From Eledone cirrhosa (taxonomy: Eukaryota), in assembly GCA_964016885.1 (NCBI GenBank), contig CAXHJY010001609.1, forward strand, positions 372,001 to 436,000: a stretch of DNA of 64,000 nt. The letters run 5' to 3'. This document shows, piece after piece, positions 48,505 to 64,000 of the stretch. Numbering within the stretch: position 1 is the first letter of the stretch; each line of letters starts with the position of its first letter. Made by a program: the position numbers and the translations under genes. The notes under the pieces were generated by a model. That model saw only the letters and a list, made by a program, of their open reading frames with translations, was not told the origin of the DNA and searched no databases.

Positions 48505-49025
48505 GAAGTGGTTGATAGCTTCTGTGACTTAATTAGCAGTGGAGGATGACTGTATAACACCTGCCAATAAAATATGATGCTGCATGGTAGTGAAACAAGG
48601 GCTGTGACAACAGAAAAAAGTGTAGATTGGAGAGAAATGAAGCAACCATGCTTCATTGGATGTGCCATTTAAGTGTGAGAGAAAGGTAGAGCTTGGGTAA
48701 GTTGCGGGAGAAGCTGGGTTTAAGAGGGATCTTAAGAGATGTGTAAGAGAGAAGACTGCATTGGTACGGACATGTGATACACATGGATAATGTCAGCTGA
48801 GTGAAGAAGTGCCAGGACATCCCAGTGAAAGGAAACCATAGTAGAGGTAGACGAAGAAAGACCTGGACAGAGGCTGTGTGAACTGACTTCAAATGACTGA
48901 CTCTCACAGAGGAGATGACAAAGGAACACGACAAGTTCAAAGATGCCATGTTGAGAAGGACGTGTCCAACCCAAGGAAGCATGGAAAAACGAACATAAAA
49001 ACAGTGATGATGTTGATGAAGATGA
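48505..49025 (+). mobile_element. Old RTE 3' fragment
   Basis: Degenerate MLHGSET / RLERNE / WYGHV / GRRRKTW plus tail. Confidence 0.8.
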
Positions 49026-49075
49026 CGTACATGTACACACATACATAATAAATAAATCAAATACAGATATGCACA

Positions 49076-49416
49076 GTGGAGGCACATGGCTTAGTGGTTA
49101 GAGCATTGGCCTTGCAATCGAAAGGTTGTGAGTTCAATTCTCAGACCGTGTGATGTGTTGTTTCCTTGAGCAAGACACTTTATTTCACATTGCTCCAGTT
49201 TACTCAGCTGTAGAAATGAGATGATAGGGACTGGGGTTCATATCATTCCACTGCAAAGTGGTCGTGGAGGTGCCACGGCAAAAAAGCACCCAGCACTCTC
49301 TGTAAATGAGGTTGGTGTTAGGAAGGGCATCAAGCTGTAGAAATCAAGCCAGAATCAGTTCAGTCCGACCTTCAAGCAGGGAAAAGTGGACGTTAAATGA
49401 TGATGATGATGATGAT
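49076..49416 (+). mobile_element. tRNA-derived SINE, full length, with TSD
   Basis: A/B boxes, core, RTE-B tail; flanking GATATGCACA duplication. Confidence 0.9.
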
Positions 49417-49679
49417 ATGCACATACTTATATACAAACATATACATGGACACAAATTTCTACACACATACATTCACATATATATAGCATATGTCAATTCT
49501 GAACAATACAGTTTTGTCAGCACAAGTCTTGGTTAAAACTTCTACAAATGAAATGAAAGGAGAATAATTTCTTAGTGAAACAGTTTTATTCAAGATATTA
49601 ACAACATTGGTGGCACTATTTTGGGTGAGTGACATGGTTTTTATCTTGTCTGATTGTGTTTGTGTTGCATCAAGTAACC

Positions 49680-50350
49680 TTTACAAGAGAATTATTTACC
49701 ACAGACACCACAGTGATATGGTTCCTCTCCTGTATATGTTAGTGTGTAGTGAAGCCACAACATTTAGAGAAGGATTTACCACAGTGATATAGTTCCTCTA
49801 CTGTATATGTTAGTGTGTAGGGAAGCCACAACATTTAGAGAAGGATTTACCACAGACATCACAGTGATATAGTTCCTCTCCTGTATGTTAGTGTGTAGTG
49901 AAACCACAACATTTAGAGAATGATTTACCACAGACATCACAGTGATATAGTTCCTCTCCTATATGTTAGTGTTTAGTGAAACCAAAATTAGAAAATGATT
50001 TACATGGGTGGAGGTGGCGAGAGCAGACGTTTTAAGCTCACGGTGGAGATGACGAAGGACCGTGACAAGTGGAAAGATGCTGTGTTGAATAGGACCCATC
50101 CCACCCTTGCAAGCAGGGAAAAGCGGACGTAAAATGATGATGATGATGATATGGTTTCCCTCATCTATGCATATATTTAGTTAAATAGCTTCATTAAAAG
50201 ATATATTTTCCAAACATATCAAAGTGATATGGCTTCCCACCTGTATATGTTTGTATGAAGTTAATGTAGCAGTGAAAGAGAATGATTTACCACAGATATT
50301 ACACTGATATATATTTGTATTCTCATTAATTCACAATTTTGAGAGGATTT
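49680..50350 (-). pseudogene. Decayed finger repeats downstream of ZNF-B, with an RTE-B tail inserted at ~50003-50150
   Basis: Degenerate ~78-bp finger units. Confidence 0.75.
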
Positions 50351-50368
50351 ATCACTGATGTCAATGCA

Positions 50369-51839
<1,471 letters not shown>

Positions 51840-52756
51840 AATAATTTTATCTCCAACAGAATATACTTGTAATATTTTTTAGATTATATTCTCTATATTT
51901 CCCTCAACTGTGATTTCAGTTAATAGTCTTCAAATGATGATAAATAGAGGTGATGTATCCAAGATTGAAAATAATAATTTATCCCAATGTGATCTGGTAT
52001 TCTGAAATAAGAGAGAAACAGAACGAGATAATACAGAATACTTAAGAAGCAGAGATAGATTTAAGAGTGGAAATTTTATATTTCTATATTTGTAAACTGT
52101 AGATATCAACTTTCCTGTCCAGAGTAATTCTCTCCAATGCAAACAGTGGTATTCCAGTATGCTCTATAAATGTTATCCTTCTATCTCTAGAGAGGTCTGC
52201 TCTATGGCAGTTTAGTGAAAAATTCATTCTGATATGAATTTCTAACATAGCTATTATCTCCTCTCCTGGTGACATGTCAACACCAGTTTAACTTCCATCT
52301 TTTTATTAGTAGGAGTCAATTGTTCCTCTATATCTTTATCTTACTTCTTTTCCATCTTTCTCTGGGAGAAATCAGCTGTGTTTAGACCAGGAGTTACGAG
52401 TCTATTTGAATCCATACAATATCTGATTTCACTTGAAGTTTTATTCAGATCTCAATTGTGTTCACATGAGAGAGGTGATGGGCTCCACCAGGTTTTAAAA
52501 TATGCCAGAGAAATACTGTATGTCACTTAGAGTACCCTTACGACTCCACCAGTGTTTCATTTGTTTAGGACTATGTCTGGGTTAGCCAGCCAAGTATGAG
52601 TAGAAGGGAAAACAGGGCCCTGATCCCCTCAGAAAAATGGCTTTGCTAAGTGTGCTAGAAAGGTGGAGGTAGAAATTCCATTCTCTGTCCAAAATACAAA
52701 CAATGGCTACACAAGAGACGTAGTGGGATCTAAGTATATATATATATATATATATT

Positions 52757-53223
52757 AAGACAATGTCACTGGACCGAGATCTTTGGCGCTACTCAGTAAT
52801 ACAGAAGACTCGCCTTGCCTATGTACAAAGCAAAACCTACTGTCAGTAGGCACCTCTTAACTAAATATACACCCCCATCCCACTACCCAACCCCACACCC
52901 CCATCAACACCTCCCTTTCTCTGTAAAGTTATGTTGGTACCACAACATCCAGTCTTAAATAAATGAGGTCGTGTAGGTGTCACGACTAAAAAATACACAG
53001 TCCACGCTGTAATGTGGCCGTGTCGGTAACATGGTAAAACCTCCCAGTCCACACTGTAAACGTGGTTGGTGTTAGGAAGGATATCCAGCCATAGAAAACC
53101 TGCCATCTAGTCCTATACAAGTGAGACACGGTCACCCGACCAATCTTGCCTCGAGTGGGACAATTCCCGTCTAAACCCATGCCAGCGTGGAAGGTAGACG
53201 TTAAACGATGATGGTGATGATGA
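52757..53223 (+). mobile_element. RTE subfamily A 3' end
   Basis: KTMSLDRDLWRYSV plus 3' UTR and tail. Confidence 0.88.
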
Positions 53224-53282
53224 CAAGCAATATATATAATCTAAGTAGAATGGTATAATGAAAGCATATAATGTAGGTACAG

Positions 53283-54703
53283 CAGTATTCTCATAAATTG
53301 CTACAAAGGTAAAGGGGATGCTCTAGAGAGGAGCAATTATAGGGGCATAAAGCTGATGGATCAGGTTATGAAAGTGGCAGAGAGAATATTAGCGCAGCTG
53401 ATTAGAGAAAAGGTCAATTTAGATGAGATGCAGTTTGGTTTTGTGCCTCGGAAAAGTACAACAGAAGCCCTCTTCTTAGTGAGGCAACTACAAGAGAGGT
53501 TCTTAGAGAAGAATAAGTCTCTATACTTAGCTTTTGTTAGGGTACCCCGATCTGCCATCTGGTGGTCCCTAAGGAAATTAGGTGTAGAGGAATGGCTTGT
53601 GAGGACAGTGAAAGCTATGTACAGGGGTGCTGTCAGTAAAGTGAGGGTAGGAATGGAGTTTAGTGAGGAATTCCAGATACAAGTAGGTGTACATCAAGGT
53701 TCGTTCCTCAGCCCACTCTTGTTCATTATAGGCCTCCAAGCCATAAAAGAGGAGTTTAAGACTAGATGCCCATGGGAACTTCTCTATGCTGATGAACTGG
53801 TTCTTATAGCAGAATCAGGAGAGGAGCTAGAGAATAAATTCTGGCTATGGAAACAGCAGTTGGAATCAAGAGGCCTGAGAGCGAACATAGCTTAAACAAA
53901 AGTGTTGATGAGTAGAAAAGAGGACAAAACTCTGATTCCATCAGGGAAATGGCCATGTTTGATATATAGGAAACGAACTGGCATAAATTCCATAAAATGT
54001 ACGCAATGCAGATGTTGGGTACACAAGAGATGTAGTGGGATAGCAGGCAAACTAACAGGTAGAGATAACTATGTATGCAGTAGATGTACAGGGAAAGTTG
54101 GCAGTAGTAATCACAGTGATAGACACATTTTTCAAATACAGGTGGGTTCTAGAGATGTGGTTGATAGCTTCCGGTACCTAGGTGATCAGATTAGCATGGG
54201 AGGAGGGGGGGGGGGTTCCGAGGCCATAGTATCTAAAATAAGGACGGGTTGGAAGAAGTTTAGGGAGCTGCTTTCTCTGTTGACAAAGAAGGGTTTCTCC
54301 CAGCATACGAAAGGACGGTTATATGATGCCTGTGTGAGATGTGCGACGCTGCATGGTAGTAAGACATGGGCAGCAACTGCAAAGGATATGTGACGGCAGG
54401 AGAGAAGCAAGCATGCTCCGTTGGATGTGCAATGTCAATGTGTGTGAACGACCAAGCATAGATGAGTTGAGAAAGAAACTGGGTATTAGAGGGATAGGTT
54501 GTGGTGTGCAGGAGAGAAGACTGAGATGGTATGGACATGTGACCACTGGGTAAAGAAGTGCCAAATAATCCCAGTAGTAGGAAGACATGGTAGAGGTAGA
54601 CCACGTAAAACATGGGCGGAGGTGGTGAGAGAAGACCTCAGATCGTTGAAACTCACCGAGGAGATGCAAGCAGGGAAAAACAGACGTAAAATGATGATGA
54701 TGA
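53283..54703 (+). mobile_element. RTE subfamily B, decayed
   Basis: RT motifs, degenerate PHD-like insert, tail. Confidence 0.9.
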
Positions 54704-55679
54704 CATATATATATATATACTAGTATTCAAGATAACATTGTTAGAACTTATTGCAGCCTTGAAGAGATGGTTTCAACAAGATTGGGTGATGAAAGTTATA
54801 GTTTTTGTAGTAGGATCTCATCACATAAGGTTCCTTCAAAGATTCTTCTAGAGTTACAGAGTCATTTATATATATATGTGTGTTTTGAACAATGAAAGTA
54901 AAACTAGAGACAAAGATATGTTCTTGATTATTTCATTGCTTTACGATCATTTCAGAGGTATGATTGATCATGGTAGATTGATATATTGACAAACAGGTAG
55001 TTGTTATGTCACTAACTATTTCTAGTCTCAAAATCCCTGATCAATCACACCGTATCAATATATTGATTTACCATGATCAATCAACCCTCTGAAACGATCG
55101 CAAAAAGGGAAGCCATACTAGATGGAGATGAAAGTCGATGTGGTGAGAGCTGATCTCAAATTGCTGAGATTCACAGATGACGATGGAACAAGCGAGTGGG
55201 GAGATGTTGTGCTTAAAAGGACCCACCAACCCATACCACGATTGAAAAACGGACGTAAAACTATGATGATGATGTAGATGAAGTAAATTATATCAAAATG
55301 GATTTAGACTAAAACAAACAAAACTTCCCTGAAACAACAACAAGGTACAGCTAAATATAAACTATATTTTATAATATAAGGTAGTGAACCACATAATTAA
55401 ATAGACGGAGGTAATTTAGATAATAAATATATCTTTAATTTACTTAAAGCAATAACAAGGTATAGCTAAATATAAACTATATTTTATAATGTAAGGTAGT
55501 GAACCACATAATTAAATAGACGGAGGTAATTTAAATAATAAAGACAGTCATGATAACAATATATTTTATATCACATGTAACAGTGGAATCTGGTTAATTA
55601 CTCGATCGTTGTAGGGGTCACATAATTATATTATTTACACACATTAATATAGACATTAATTAAATCTTTGTCATCTTAC

Positions 55680-55878
55680 CTCCTTCACATATAATCAATG
55701 AATTGTGTTGTTAGTTGTTACTAAACAACCAAAGAAATAATCTCTTTGTTATCAAATTAGAAGTTTCAATGTTATCAGCTTTATTTCACGACATTAACGT
55801 TGGTGTATCTTCTTCATCTTTAGTCATAAATTGATATCTTGTCAGAATGAAGTAGTGAGGCTGACTTTATGTCTTTAG
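55680..55878 (-). other. Probable 5' UTR exon of ZNF-B
   Basis: Paralog of 43241-43436 with the same splice signals. Confidence 0.5.
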
Positions 55879-56080
55879 CTACAGATTTGATAGGAAATAT
55901 AAATATATATTAGGTTGATATGTGGTCTAAAATATATATATTGTCTATAATTGACTGATAGCAGATGTTCTGGTGAAATAGTTGTTTTACTACTACAGAT
56001 TGTAATGGAACTCCTAGTAGACACAATTGTAAAGTAAGAATAGATATGACAGTGTAAGACTGATGTCGGGGAATTAAAAT

Positions 56081-56143
<63 letters not shown>

Positions 56144-56989
56144 GTTACACAAGATATAATTAGATCAAGACAGCAAGTACTCGATATCGTTGGAAATGAT
56201 TTAACTCCCTTACCGGTGTCATTAGTTAAAGTCCCTGATATAATTTAATACATTCAGACAGTTCCAATCATATTTAATCGATAGTAAATGAAAAGGTGTC
56301 ACTCAGTAAAATATCAATTATATATCGACGTAGTGTCTCTGACTGCTAGAAATAGCAGTGAAATTATCCATTACAGACTTTTCTTTCTTTAAACTCTTAC
56401 GTTTAGTAGATGTTTGTGTTGAGAATGTGTGTATTTGTGTATTGTATGACGGAAGTCACCATTGAAGATGTTAAAAGCAATGTTGTGGAAAATAGCATCG
56501 TACGTAGACTTTGTGATTGTTTATATATAATTTATTTACAGATTAGAAAGGTTAGAAGAATGTCTCTTGAGAGGATAGTTAATGTTATCAATAAAAAGGT
56601 TATAAAGGTTTAAAGACGTACGGTCAACTGGCTGTGGCGTTAGCCAGACCTGTAGTGATATCTGTTGCTACATATTGTCTATGCTTGAGGAACGAAAGCA
56701 AGAGATGTTTACATTCACGGTGTCGAGCTGCAAGAGAGAGAGTATCGAATCTCTGCGGGAATTTTTCCATCTGGGCAGAAGTCGAGATACATTTTCCTAC
56801 GCTGGTAACGATTGGCTGAACTGAGACAAACAACGCACAGAGAATGTATCCATGAGCCTTCGGAATGTAGGTCACTACAATACCCCTTATTTAGTTTGCA
56901 AGACGATACATAAGATTGAAGCAGCAGGAAAATGGCTTAAAGAGAGGACATCAATGAATATATGTGTGTATATATGATATATAAATATA

Positions 56990-57869
56990 CAGGTGTGGAC
57001 GATATTTGGTCGCAATTTTCAACTGCTAATTTTATGCAAATGCTTTTTACTTCCGTTGTCACTCTTGTCCTCATAAAACAGTGACTATATTTCCATTATT
57101 TATTTTCAGAATAATTGATTATGAATAATTTTGAACCTCCAAATTTGTGGAAGAGACACGGAGTTCTTCTTGGAATCTGTGCCGGGAGCACAAATAAGAC
57201 CAGAAGATCAACTCCCAGAACAACAGGTGGCTCGCTGTCTCATCCAAAGACGTGCCCAGAGTCATGCAGATAAGGTTTCCAGCGACAACATTAGTCTTAG
57301 GTGTCGTCAGCATTCAATGTGACGTAATGCCACCTGACTGCTTCCCTGAGGGTCTCAAGCTGAACACCGGTGGCTACATTCGCGTTCTGAGCGAGGTAGT
57401 AAAGCCCTGGATCAACCAGGTAGCTGCAGGTAGGCCGTACGTGTTGCAGCAAGACTCAGCGCCCTGCCATACCAGCTGGAAGATACAAGCCTAGCTGATA
57501 GAGAACTTCGTCGATCTCACCTCCCCTGACATCTGGCCTCCCAGCTAGCCTGACTGCAATCCTCTCGACTTCTTTGTGTGGGGCGCAGTGGAACGAGACA
57601 CCAACAGATCCAGCTGCAATAGGAAAGACGATCTGAAGGCCAGGATCATAAGTGCCTTTAGGGGCCTAAGTCAGGGGACAGTGACGAAGGCCTGTAGCCG
57701 GTTTCGAGGCCGTCATCAAAGACAATGGCAGGTTTATCGAGTGAGATTGAAAGAACAAGTCATGAAGACAAACTGACCAAAGTTTGATAAACAAATCTTA
57801 AAAAACAAAACTACTGTGTTATTTTTCCCCGAGACAGTAATCTTGCGAATAATTATCGTCCGCACCCTG
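56990..57869 (+). mobile_element. DD37D transposon remnant (duplicate of 44537-45416)
   Basis: Same TIRs and QDSAPCH...DCNPLD. Confidence 0.88.
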
Positions 57870-57911
57870 TATATATACATATATAATATATATATACATA
57901 TATATATATAA

Positions 57912-59317
57912 AGGGGATGCTCTGGAGAGGAGCAATTATAGGGGTATAAAACTGATGGATCAGGTTATGAAAGTGGCAGAAAGGATATTAGCACAACTAA
58001 TTAGAGAAAGGGTCAAACTAGATGAGATGCAGTTTGGTTTTGTGCCTGGGAAGAGTACAACAGATGCCCTCTTCTTGGTGAGACAATTGCAAGAGAGGTT
58101 CTTAGAGAAGAATAAGTCACTATACTTAACCTTTGTCGACCTAGAGAAAGCGTTTGATAGGGTACCCCGATCTGTCATCTGGTGGTCCCTAAGGAAACTA
58201 GGTGTTGAGGAATGGCTTGTGAGGACAGTGCAAAGTATGTACAGAGGTGCTGTCAGTAAAGTCAGGGTAGGAATGGAGTTTAGTGAGGAATTCGAGATAC
58301 AAGTAGGAGTACATGAAGGTTCAGTCCTCAGCCTGCTCTTGTTCATTATAGTCCTCCAAGCCATAACAGAGGAGTTTAAGACTGGCTGTCCATGGGAACT
58401 TCTCTATGCTGACGATCTGGTTCTTATAGCAGAATCAGTAGAGGAGATAGAGAATAAATTCTGGCTATGGAAACAGCAGTTGGAAGCAAGAGGACTGAGA
58501 GGGAACCTAGCTAAGAGAAAAGTGTTAATGAGTAGAAAAGAGGACAAAACTCTGATTCCGTCAGGGAAATGGCCATGTTCGATATGCAGAAAAGGAACTG
58601 GGATAAATTCTATAACATGCACACAATGCAGGTCCTGGGTACACAAGAGATGTAGCGGGATAGCAGGCAAACTAACAGTTAGGGAGAAATATACCTGCAG
58701 TAGATGTACAGGGAAATTAGACAGAAGTCGCATTGATAGACACATTTTTCAAATGCAAGAGGGCGCTATAGAAGTGGTGGATAGCTTCCGGTACCTCAGA
58801 GATCAGATTAGCATGGGAGGAGGGTGTTCCGAGGCCATAGTATCTAGAATAAGGATGGGTTGGAAGAAGTTTAGGGAGCTGCTTCCTCTGCTGACGAAGA
58901 AGGGTTTCTTCCTGCGTATGAAAGGCCGGTTGTATGATGCCTGTGTGAAGAGTGCGATGCTGCATGCAGTGTAACTGTGCATGAACGACCCGGCATAGAT
59001 GTGTTGAGAGAAAAACTGTGTCTGAGAGGGATAGAATGTAGTGTACGGGAGAGGAGACTGAGGTGGTATGGACATGTGATGCACATGGAGGATGACCGAT
59101 GGGTGAAGAAGTGCCAGGAAATGCGAGTTGAAGACGTGGTAGAGGTAGACCACGAAAAACATGGGCGGAGGTGGTGAGAACAGACCTCAGATCATTGAAG
59201 CTCACGGTTGTCATGACGAAGGTCCGTGACGAGTGGAGAGATGCTGTGCTGAATAAGAACCGTCCCACCCTTGCAAGCAGGGAAAAGCGGACGTAAAATG
59301 ATGATGATGATGATGAT
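57912..59317 (+). mobile_element. RTE subfamily B (duplicate of 45470-46950)
   Basis: 339-aa RT ORF with an intact PHD-like motif; tail. Confidence 0.93.
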
Positions 59318-59639
59318 ATATATATATATATATATCATCATCAACACTGTTTTACGTCCGTTCTTCTATGCTAGCATGGGTTAGACGGGTTGTCCTGTTG
59401 TGGGCAATGTCCAGTTGGCTGACCTTGTCATGCTCATACGGGAACTGATTTTGACTTGATTTCTACAGCTGGATGCCCTTCCTAACACCAACCTTATTTA
59501 CAGAGAGTGCTGGGTACTTTTCTTCCGTGGTTTGATATATATATAATATCTTAAATATATATATATAACATATATATATATATATAATATAATATATATA
59601 ACATATATATATCTATAATATAATATATATATCTATATA

Positions 59640-59808
59640 TCTAAAATAGAGAATGCCTAAAACTCAAGAACCACCCAACCGATTGTTTTCAAACTTTACA
59701 CATGTAATATTTATAGTCCTGTGAGTGTTTTGAGGAGAAAAATTTCAAATTTTCAATGCCCTAGGGACCGCATTAGGCGATTTAGCGATCTCTGGGCCAT
59801 TCTGCTAG
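59640..59808 (+). mobile_element. Helitron-like short element (duplicate)
   Basis: TC...CTAG in an A|T context. Confidence 0.5.
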
Positions 59809-60787
59809 TAATATATATAATATATATGGCTTAGTGGTTAGAGCATTGGGCTTGTAATTGAAAGGTTGTGAGTTCAATTCTCGGACCGGGTGATGTTTTA
59901 CGTCCTTGAGCAAGACACTTTATTTCACGTTGCTCCTTCTACCTTGAGTTGTGACCAATAGATAGTATTAGCAATTGGAAAGACCAATGGAAACATTGTT
60001 TCTTCAGTCCAATTTGACGAAAAACGATCGACTGACGATATATGTATATATATATATATTATACATATATATATATGTGTCACTTGCTGGATCTGCTAGA
60101 AGGACCCAGATAATATGAGATGTTCTCCCGGCTGTATCATATACTGCAAATCTATGCAGATGTATACACATATATACGCAAACACATAAAGATACACATG
60201 TAATTATACACACATAGAAGTGGTTGATTGCTTCTGTGATTTAATTAGCAGTGGAGGATGACTGTATAACACCTGCCAATAAAATATGATGCTGCATGGT
60301 AGTGAAACAATGGCTGTGACAGCAGAAAAAAAGTGTAGATTGGAGAGAAATGAAGCAACCATGCTTCATTGGATGTGCCATTTAAGTGTGAGAGAAAGGC
60401 AGAGCTTGGACAAGTTGAGGGAGAAGCTGGGTTTAAGTGGGATCTTAAGAGATGTGTAAGAGAGAAGACTGCATTGGTACGGACATGTAATACACATGGA
60501 TAATGTCAGCTGGGTGAAGAAGTGCCAGGACATCCCAGTAGAAGGAAGCCATAGTAGAGGTAGACCAAGAGAGACCTGGACAGAGGCTGTGTGAACTGAC
60601 TTCAAATGACTGACTCTCACAGAGGAGATGACAAAAGGACACGACAAGTTGAAAGATGCCATGTTGAGAAGGACATGTCCAACCCAAGGAAGCATAGAAA
60701 GACAGACATAAAAACAGTGATGATGTTGATGAAGATGACGTACATATACACACATACATAATAAATAAATCAAATACAGATATGCAC

Positions 60788-61125
60788 AGTGGAGGCACAT
60801 GGCTTAGTGGTTAGAGCATTGGCCTTGCAATCGAAAGGTTGTGAGTTCAATTCTCAGACCGTGTGATGTGTTGTTTCCTTGAGCAAGACACTTTATTTCA
60901 CATTGTTCCAGTTTACTCAGCTGTAGAAATGAGATGATAGGGACTGGGGTTCATATCATTCCACTGCAAAGTGGTCATGGAGGTGCCACGGTAAAAAAAG
61001 CACCCAGCACTCTCTGTAAATGAGGCTGGTGTTAGGAAGGGCATCCAGCTGTAGAAATCAAGCCAGAATCAGTTCAGTCCCACCTTTGCAAGCAGGGAAA
61101 AGCGGACGTAAAATGATGATGATGA
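60788..61125 (+). mobile_element. tRNA-derived SINE (duplicate of 49076)
   Basis: Same position and GATATGCACA TSD. Confidence 0.9.
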
Positions 61126-61394
61126 TATGCACATACTTATATACAAACATATACATGGACACAAATTTCTACACACATACATTCACATATATATAGCATA
61201 TGTCAATTCTGAACAATACAGTTTAGTCAGCACAAGTCTTGGTTACAACTTCTACAAATGAAATGAAAGGAGAATAATTTCTTAGTGAAACAGTTTTATT
61301 CAAAATATTAACAACATTGGTGGCACTATTTTAGGTGAGTGACATGGTTTTATCTTGTCTGATTGTGTTTGTGTTGCATCAAGTAACCTTTACA

Positions 61395-62150
61395 AGAGAA
61401 TTATTTACCACAGACACCACAGTGATATGCTTCCTCTCTTGTATGTGTTAGTGTGTAGTGAAGCCACAACATTTAGAGAAGGATTTACCACAGTGATATA
61501 GTTCCTCTACTGTATATGTTAGTGTGTAGTGAAGCCACATCATTTAGAGAAGGATTTATCACAGACATCACAGTGATATGGTTCCTCTCCTGTATGTTAG
61601 TGTGTAGTGAAGCCACAACATTTAGAGAAGGATTTACAACAGACATCACAGTGATATGGTTCCTCTCCTGTAAGTTAGTGTGTAGTAAAGACACAAAATA
61701 TAGAGAAGGATTTACCACAGACATCACAGTGATATGGTTCCTCTCCTCTATGTTAGTGTTTAGTGAAACCAAAATTAGAAAATGATTTACATGGGCTGAG
61801 GTGGTAAGGGCAGACCTTGGAAGCTCACGGTGTAAATGACAAAGGACCGTGACAAGTGAAGAGATGCTTTGCTGAATAGGACTCATCCCACCCTTGCAAG
61901 CAGGGAAAAGCAGACGTAAAATGATGATGATGATGATGATATGTTTTCCCTCATCTATGCATATATTTAGTTAAATTGCTGCATTAAAAGATATATTTTC
62001 CAAACATATCAAAGTGATATGGCTTCCCACCTGTATATGTTTGTGTGAAGTTAATGTAGCATTGAAAGAGAATGATTTACCATAGATATTACACTGATAT
62101 ATATTTGTATTCTCATTAATTCACAATTTTGAGAGGATTTATCACTGATG
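61395..62150 (-). pseudogene. Decayed finger repeats downstream of ZNF-C, with an RTE-B tail at ~61790-61940
   Basis: Degenerate 78-bp units. Confidence 0.75.
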
Positions 62151-62158
62151 TCAATGCA

Positions 62159-64000
62159 TTATGATTTCTCCTCTGCATGTATGAGTTTGTGAGTAGTTAG
62201 GCTACTTTTCCAAGAGAGTGATATACCACAGATATCACAGTGATATGGCTTGTCTCCTGTATGGGTACGTTTGTGGCTAGTTAAGGTACTACTTTGAGAG
62301 AATGATTTACCACAGATATCACAGTGATATGGCTTATCTCCTGTATGTATATTTTTGTGTCTAGTTAAGGAACTACTATCAGAGAATGATTTACCACAGA
62401 TATCACAGCAATATGGCTTGTCTCCTGTATGGGTACGTTTGTGGCTAGTTAAGGTACTAATTAATGAGAATGATTTACCACAGATATCACAGTCATATGG
62501 CTTGTCTCCTGTATGGGTACATTTGTGGCTAGTTAAGGTACTACTTCGAGAGAATAATTTACCACAGATATCACAGCGATATGGCTTGTCTCCTGTATGT
62601 ATATGTTTGTGGGAAGCTAAGTGACTACTTCGAGAGAATGATTTACCACATTTATCACAGTGATATGGCTTGTCTCCTGTATGTATACGTTTGTGTCTAG
62701 TTAAGTTACTACTATCAGAGAATGATTTACCACAGATATCACAGTGGTATGACGTGTCTCCTGTATGTATACGTTTGTGTCTAGTTAAGGCATTACTTTC
62801 AGAGGATGATTTACCACAGATATCACAGTGGTATGGCTTGTCTCCTGTATGTATATGTTTGTGGCTAGTTAAGGAACTACTATCAGAGAATGATTTGCCA
62901 CAGATATCACAGTGATATGGCTTGTCTCCTGTATGTATACGTTTGTGTCTAGTTAAGCTACTACTATCAGAGAATGATTTACCACAGATATCACAGTGAT
63001 ATGGCTTGTCTCCTGTATGTATACATTTGTGTCTAGTTAAGCTACTACTATCAGAGAATGATTTACCACAGATATCACAGTGATATGGCATGTCTCCTGT
63101 ATGTATACGTTTGTGTTTAGTTAAGTGACCACTTACAGAGAATGATTTACCACAGATATCACAGTGATATGGCTTATCTCCTGTATGTATTCGTTTGTGT
63201 CTAGTTAAGCTACTACTATCAGAGAATGATTTACCACAGATATCACAGTGATATGGCTTGTCTCCTGTATGTATACGTTTGTGGCTAGTTAAGGTACTAC
63301 TTTGAGAGAATGATTTACCACAGATATCACAGTGGTATGGCTTGTCTCCTGTATGTATACGTTTGTGTCTAGTTATGGCGATACTTTCAAAGAAAGATTT
63401 ACCACAGATATCACAGTGATATGACATATCCCCTGTATGTATACGCATGTGTATAGTCAAGGTACTACTTTTATTGAATGATTTACCACAGATATCACAG
63501 TAATATGCCCTCTGTCCTGTATGTATACGTTTTTGTCTAGTTAAGTGACTACTTTGAGAGAATGATTTACCACAGATGTGACAGTGGTATGGCTTGTCTC
63601 CTGTATGGGTACGTAAGTGTTTAGCTAATGCATCACTCTGAGGGAAAGTTTCACCACAGATATCACAGTGATATGGCTTCTCACCTGTATGTAAATGGTT
63701 GTGAGAGGTTAAGGTACTATTTTTAGTGAATGATTTAGCACAAATATCACAGTGATATGGCTTCTCTCCAGTATCTATACATTTGTGACTAGTTAAGGTA
63801 CTATTTATAGAGAATGATTTGCCACAGATATCACCGTTATACGGCTTCTCTCTAGTATTTATACGTTTGTGGGTAGTTAAGTTACTACTTACAGAGAATG
63901 ATCTACCACAGATCTCACAGTGATATGGCTTCTCTCCACTATGTATACGATTGTGGCTAGTTAAGACACTATACTGAGAGAATGATATCCCACAGAACTC
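62159..64000 (-). CDS. Poly-C2H2 ZNF-C, 5'-partial, about 22 finger units
   Basis: The frame stays open from the window edge ([26 protein letters not shown]...) through the listed 433-aa ORF. A few upstream fingers have lost Cys/His ligands. Confidence 0.9.
   Translation of the reverse strand, partial: EFCGISFSQYSVLTSHNRIHSGEKPYHCEICGRSFSVSSNLTTHKRINTREKPYNGDICGKSFSINSTLTSHKCIDTGEKPYHCDICAKSFTKNSTLTSHNHLHTGEKPYHCDICGETFPQSDALAKHLRTHTGDKPYHCHICGKSFSQSSHLTRQKRIHTGQRAYYCDICGKSFNKSSTLTIHMRIHTGDMSYHCDICGKSFFESIAITRHKRIHTGDKPYHCDICGKSFSQSSTLTSHKRIHTGDKPYHCDICGKSFSDSSSLTRHKRIHTGDKPYHCDICGKSFSVSGHLTKHKRIHTGDMPYHCDICGKSFSDSSSLTRHKCIHTGDKPYHCDICGKSFSDSSSLTRHKRIHTGDKPYHCDICGKSFSDSSSLTSHKHIHTGDKPYHCDICGKSSSESNALTRHKRIHTGDTSYHCDICGKSFSDSSNLTRHKRIHTGDKPYHCDKCGKSFSRSSHLASHKHIHTGDKPYRCDICGKLFSRSSTLTSHKCTHTGDKPYDCDICGKSFSLISTLTSHKRTHTGDKPYCCDICGKSFSDSSSLTRHKNIHTGDKPYHCDICGKSFSQSSTLTSHKRTHTGDKPYHCDICGISLSWKSSLTTHKLIHAEEKS

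Overview
Eukaryotic, repeat-dense, AT-rich animal DNA, most likely octopus. This is inferred from the [17 protein letters not shown]-type C2H2 arrays and the RTE/SINE repertoire. The left end holds the first three coding exons and the promoter of a kinesin-6 (KIF20-like) gene on the minus strand. The rest is a tandem cluster of three poly-C2H2 zinc-finger loci on the minus strand: an intact 12-finger gene, a pseudogene, and a ~22-finger ORF running off the window. The cluster was built by ~12.4-kb segmental duplication and is packed with transposons: RTE LINEs of several subfamilies, a Tx1/L1-clade LINE with intact ORF2 nested inside an RTE, an internally deleted Gypsy, mariner and DD37D remnants, MITE/Helitron-like elements, tRNA-derived SINEs and minisatellites. 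The most notable observations are: (1) a C4HC3 PHD-like finger embedded inside the RT/thumb region of the RTE protein and conserved in two divergent subfamilies; (2) a ~15.5-kb nested TE stack inside one split SINE, probably in a ZNF intron; (3) possible ATCT target preference and a conserved 3' RNA structure in the Tx1 family; (4) an intronic repeat that multiplies a kinesin splice acceptor. All calls come from reading the sequence by eye; no searches were run and TE boundaries are approximate unless stated.
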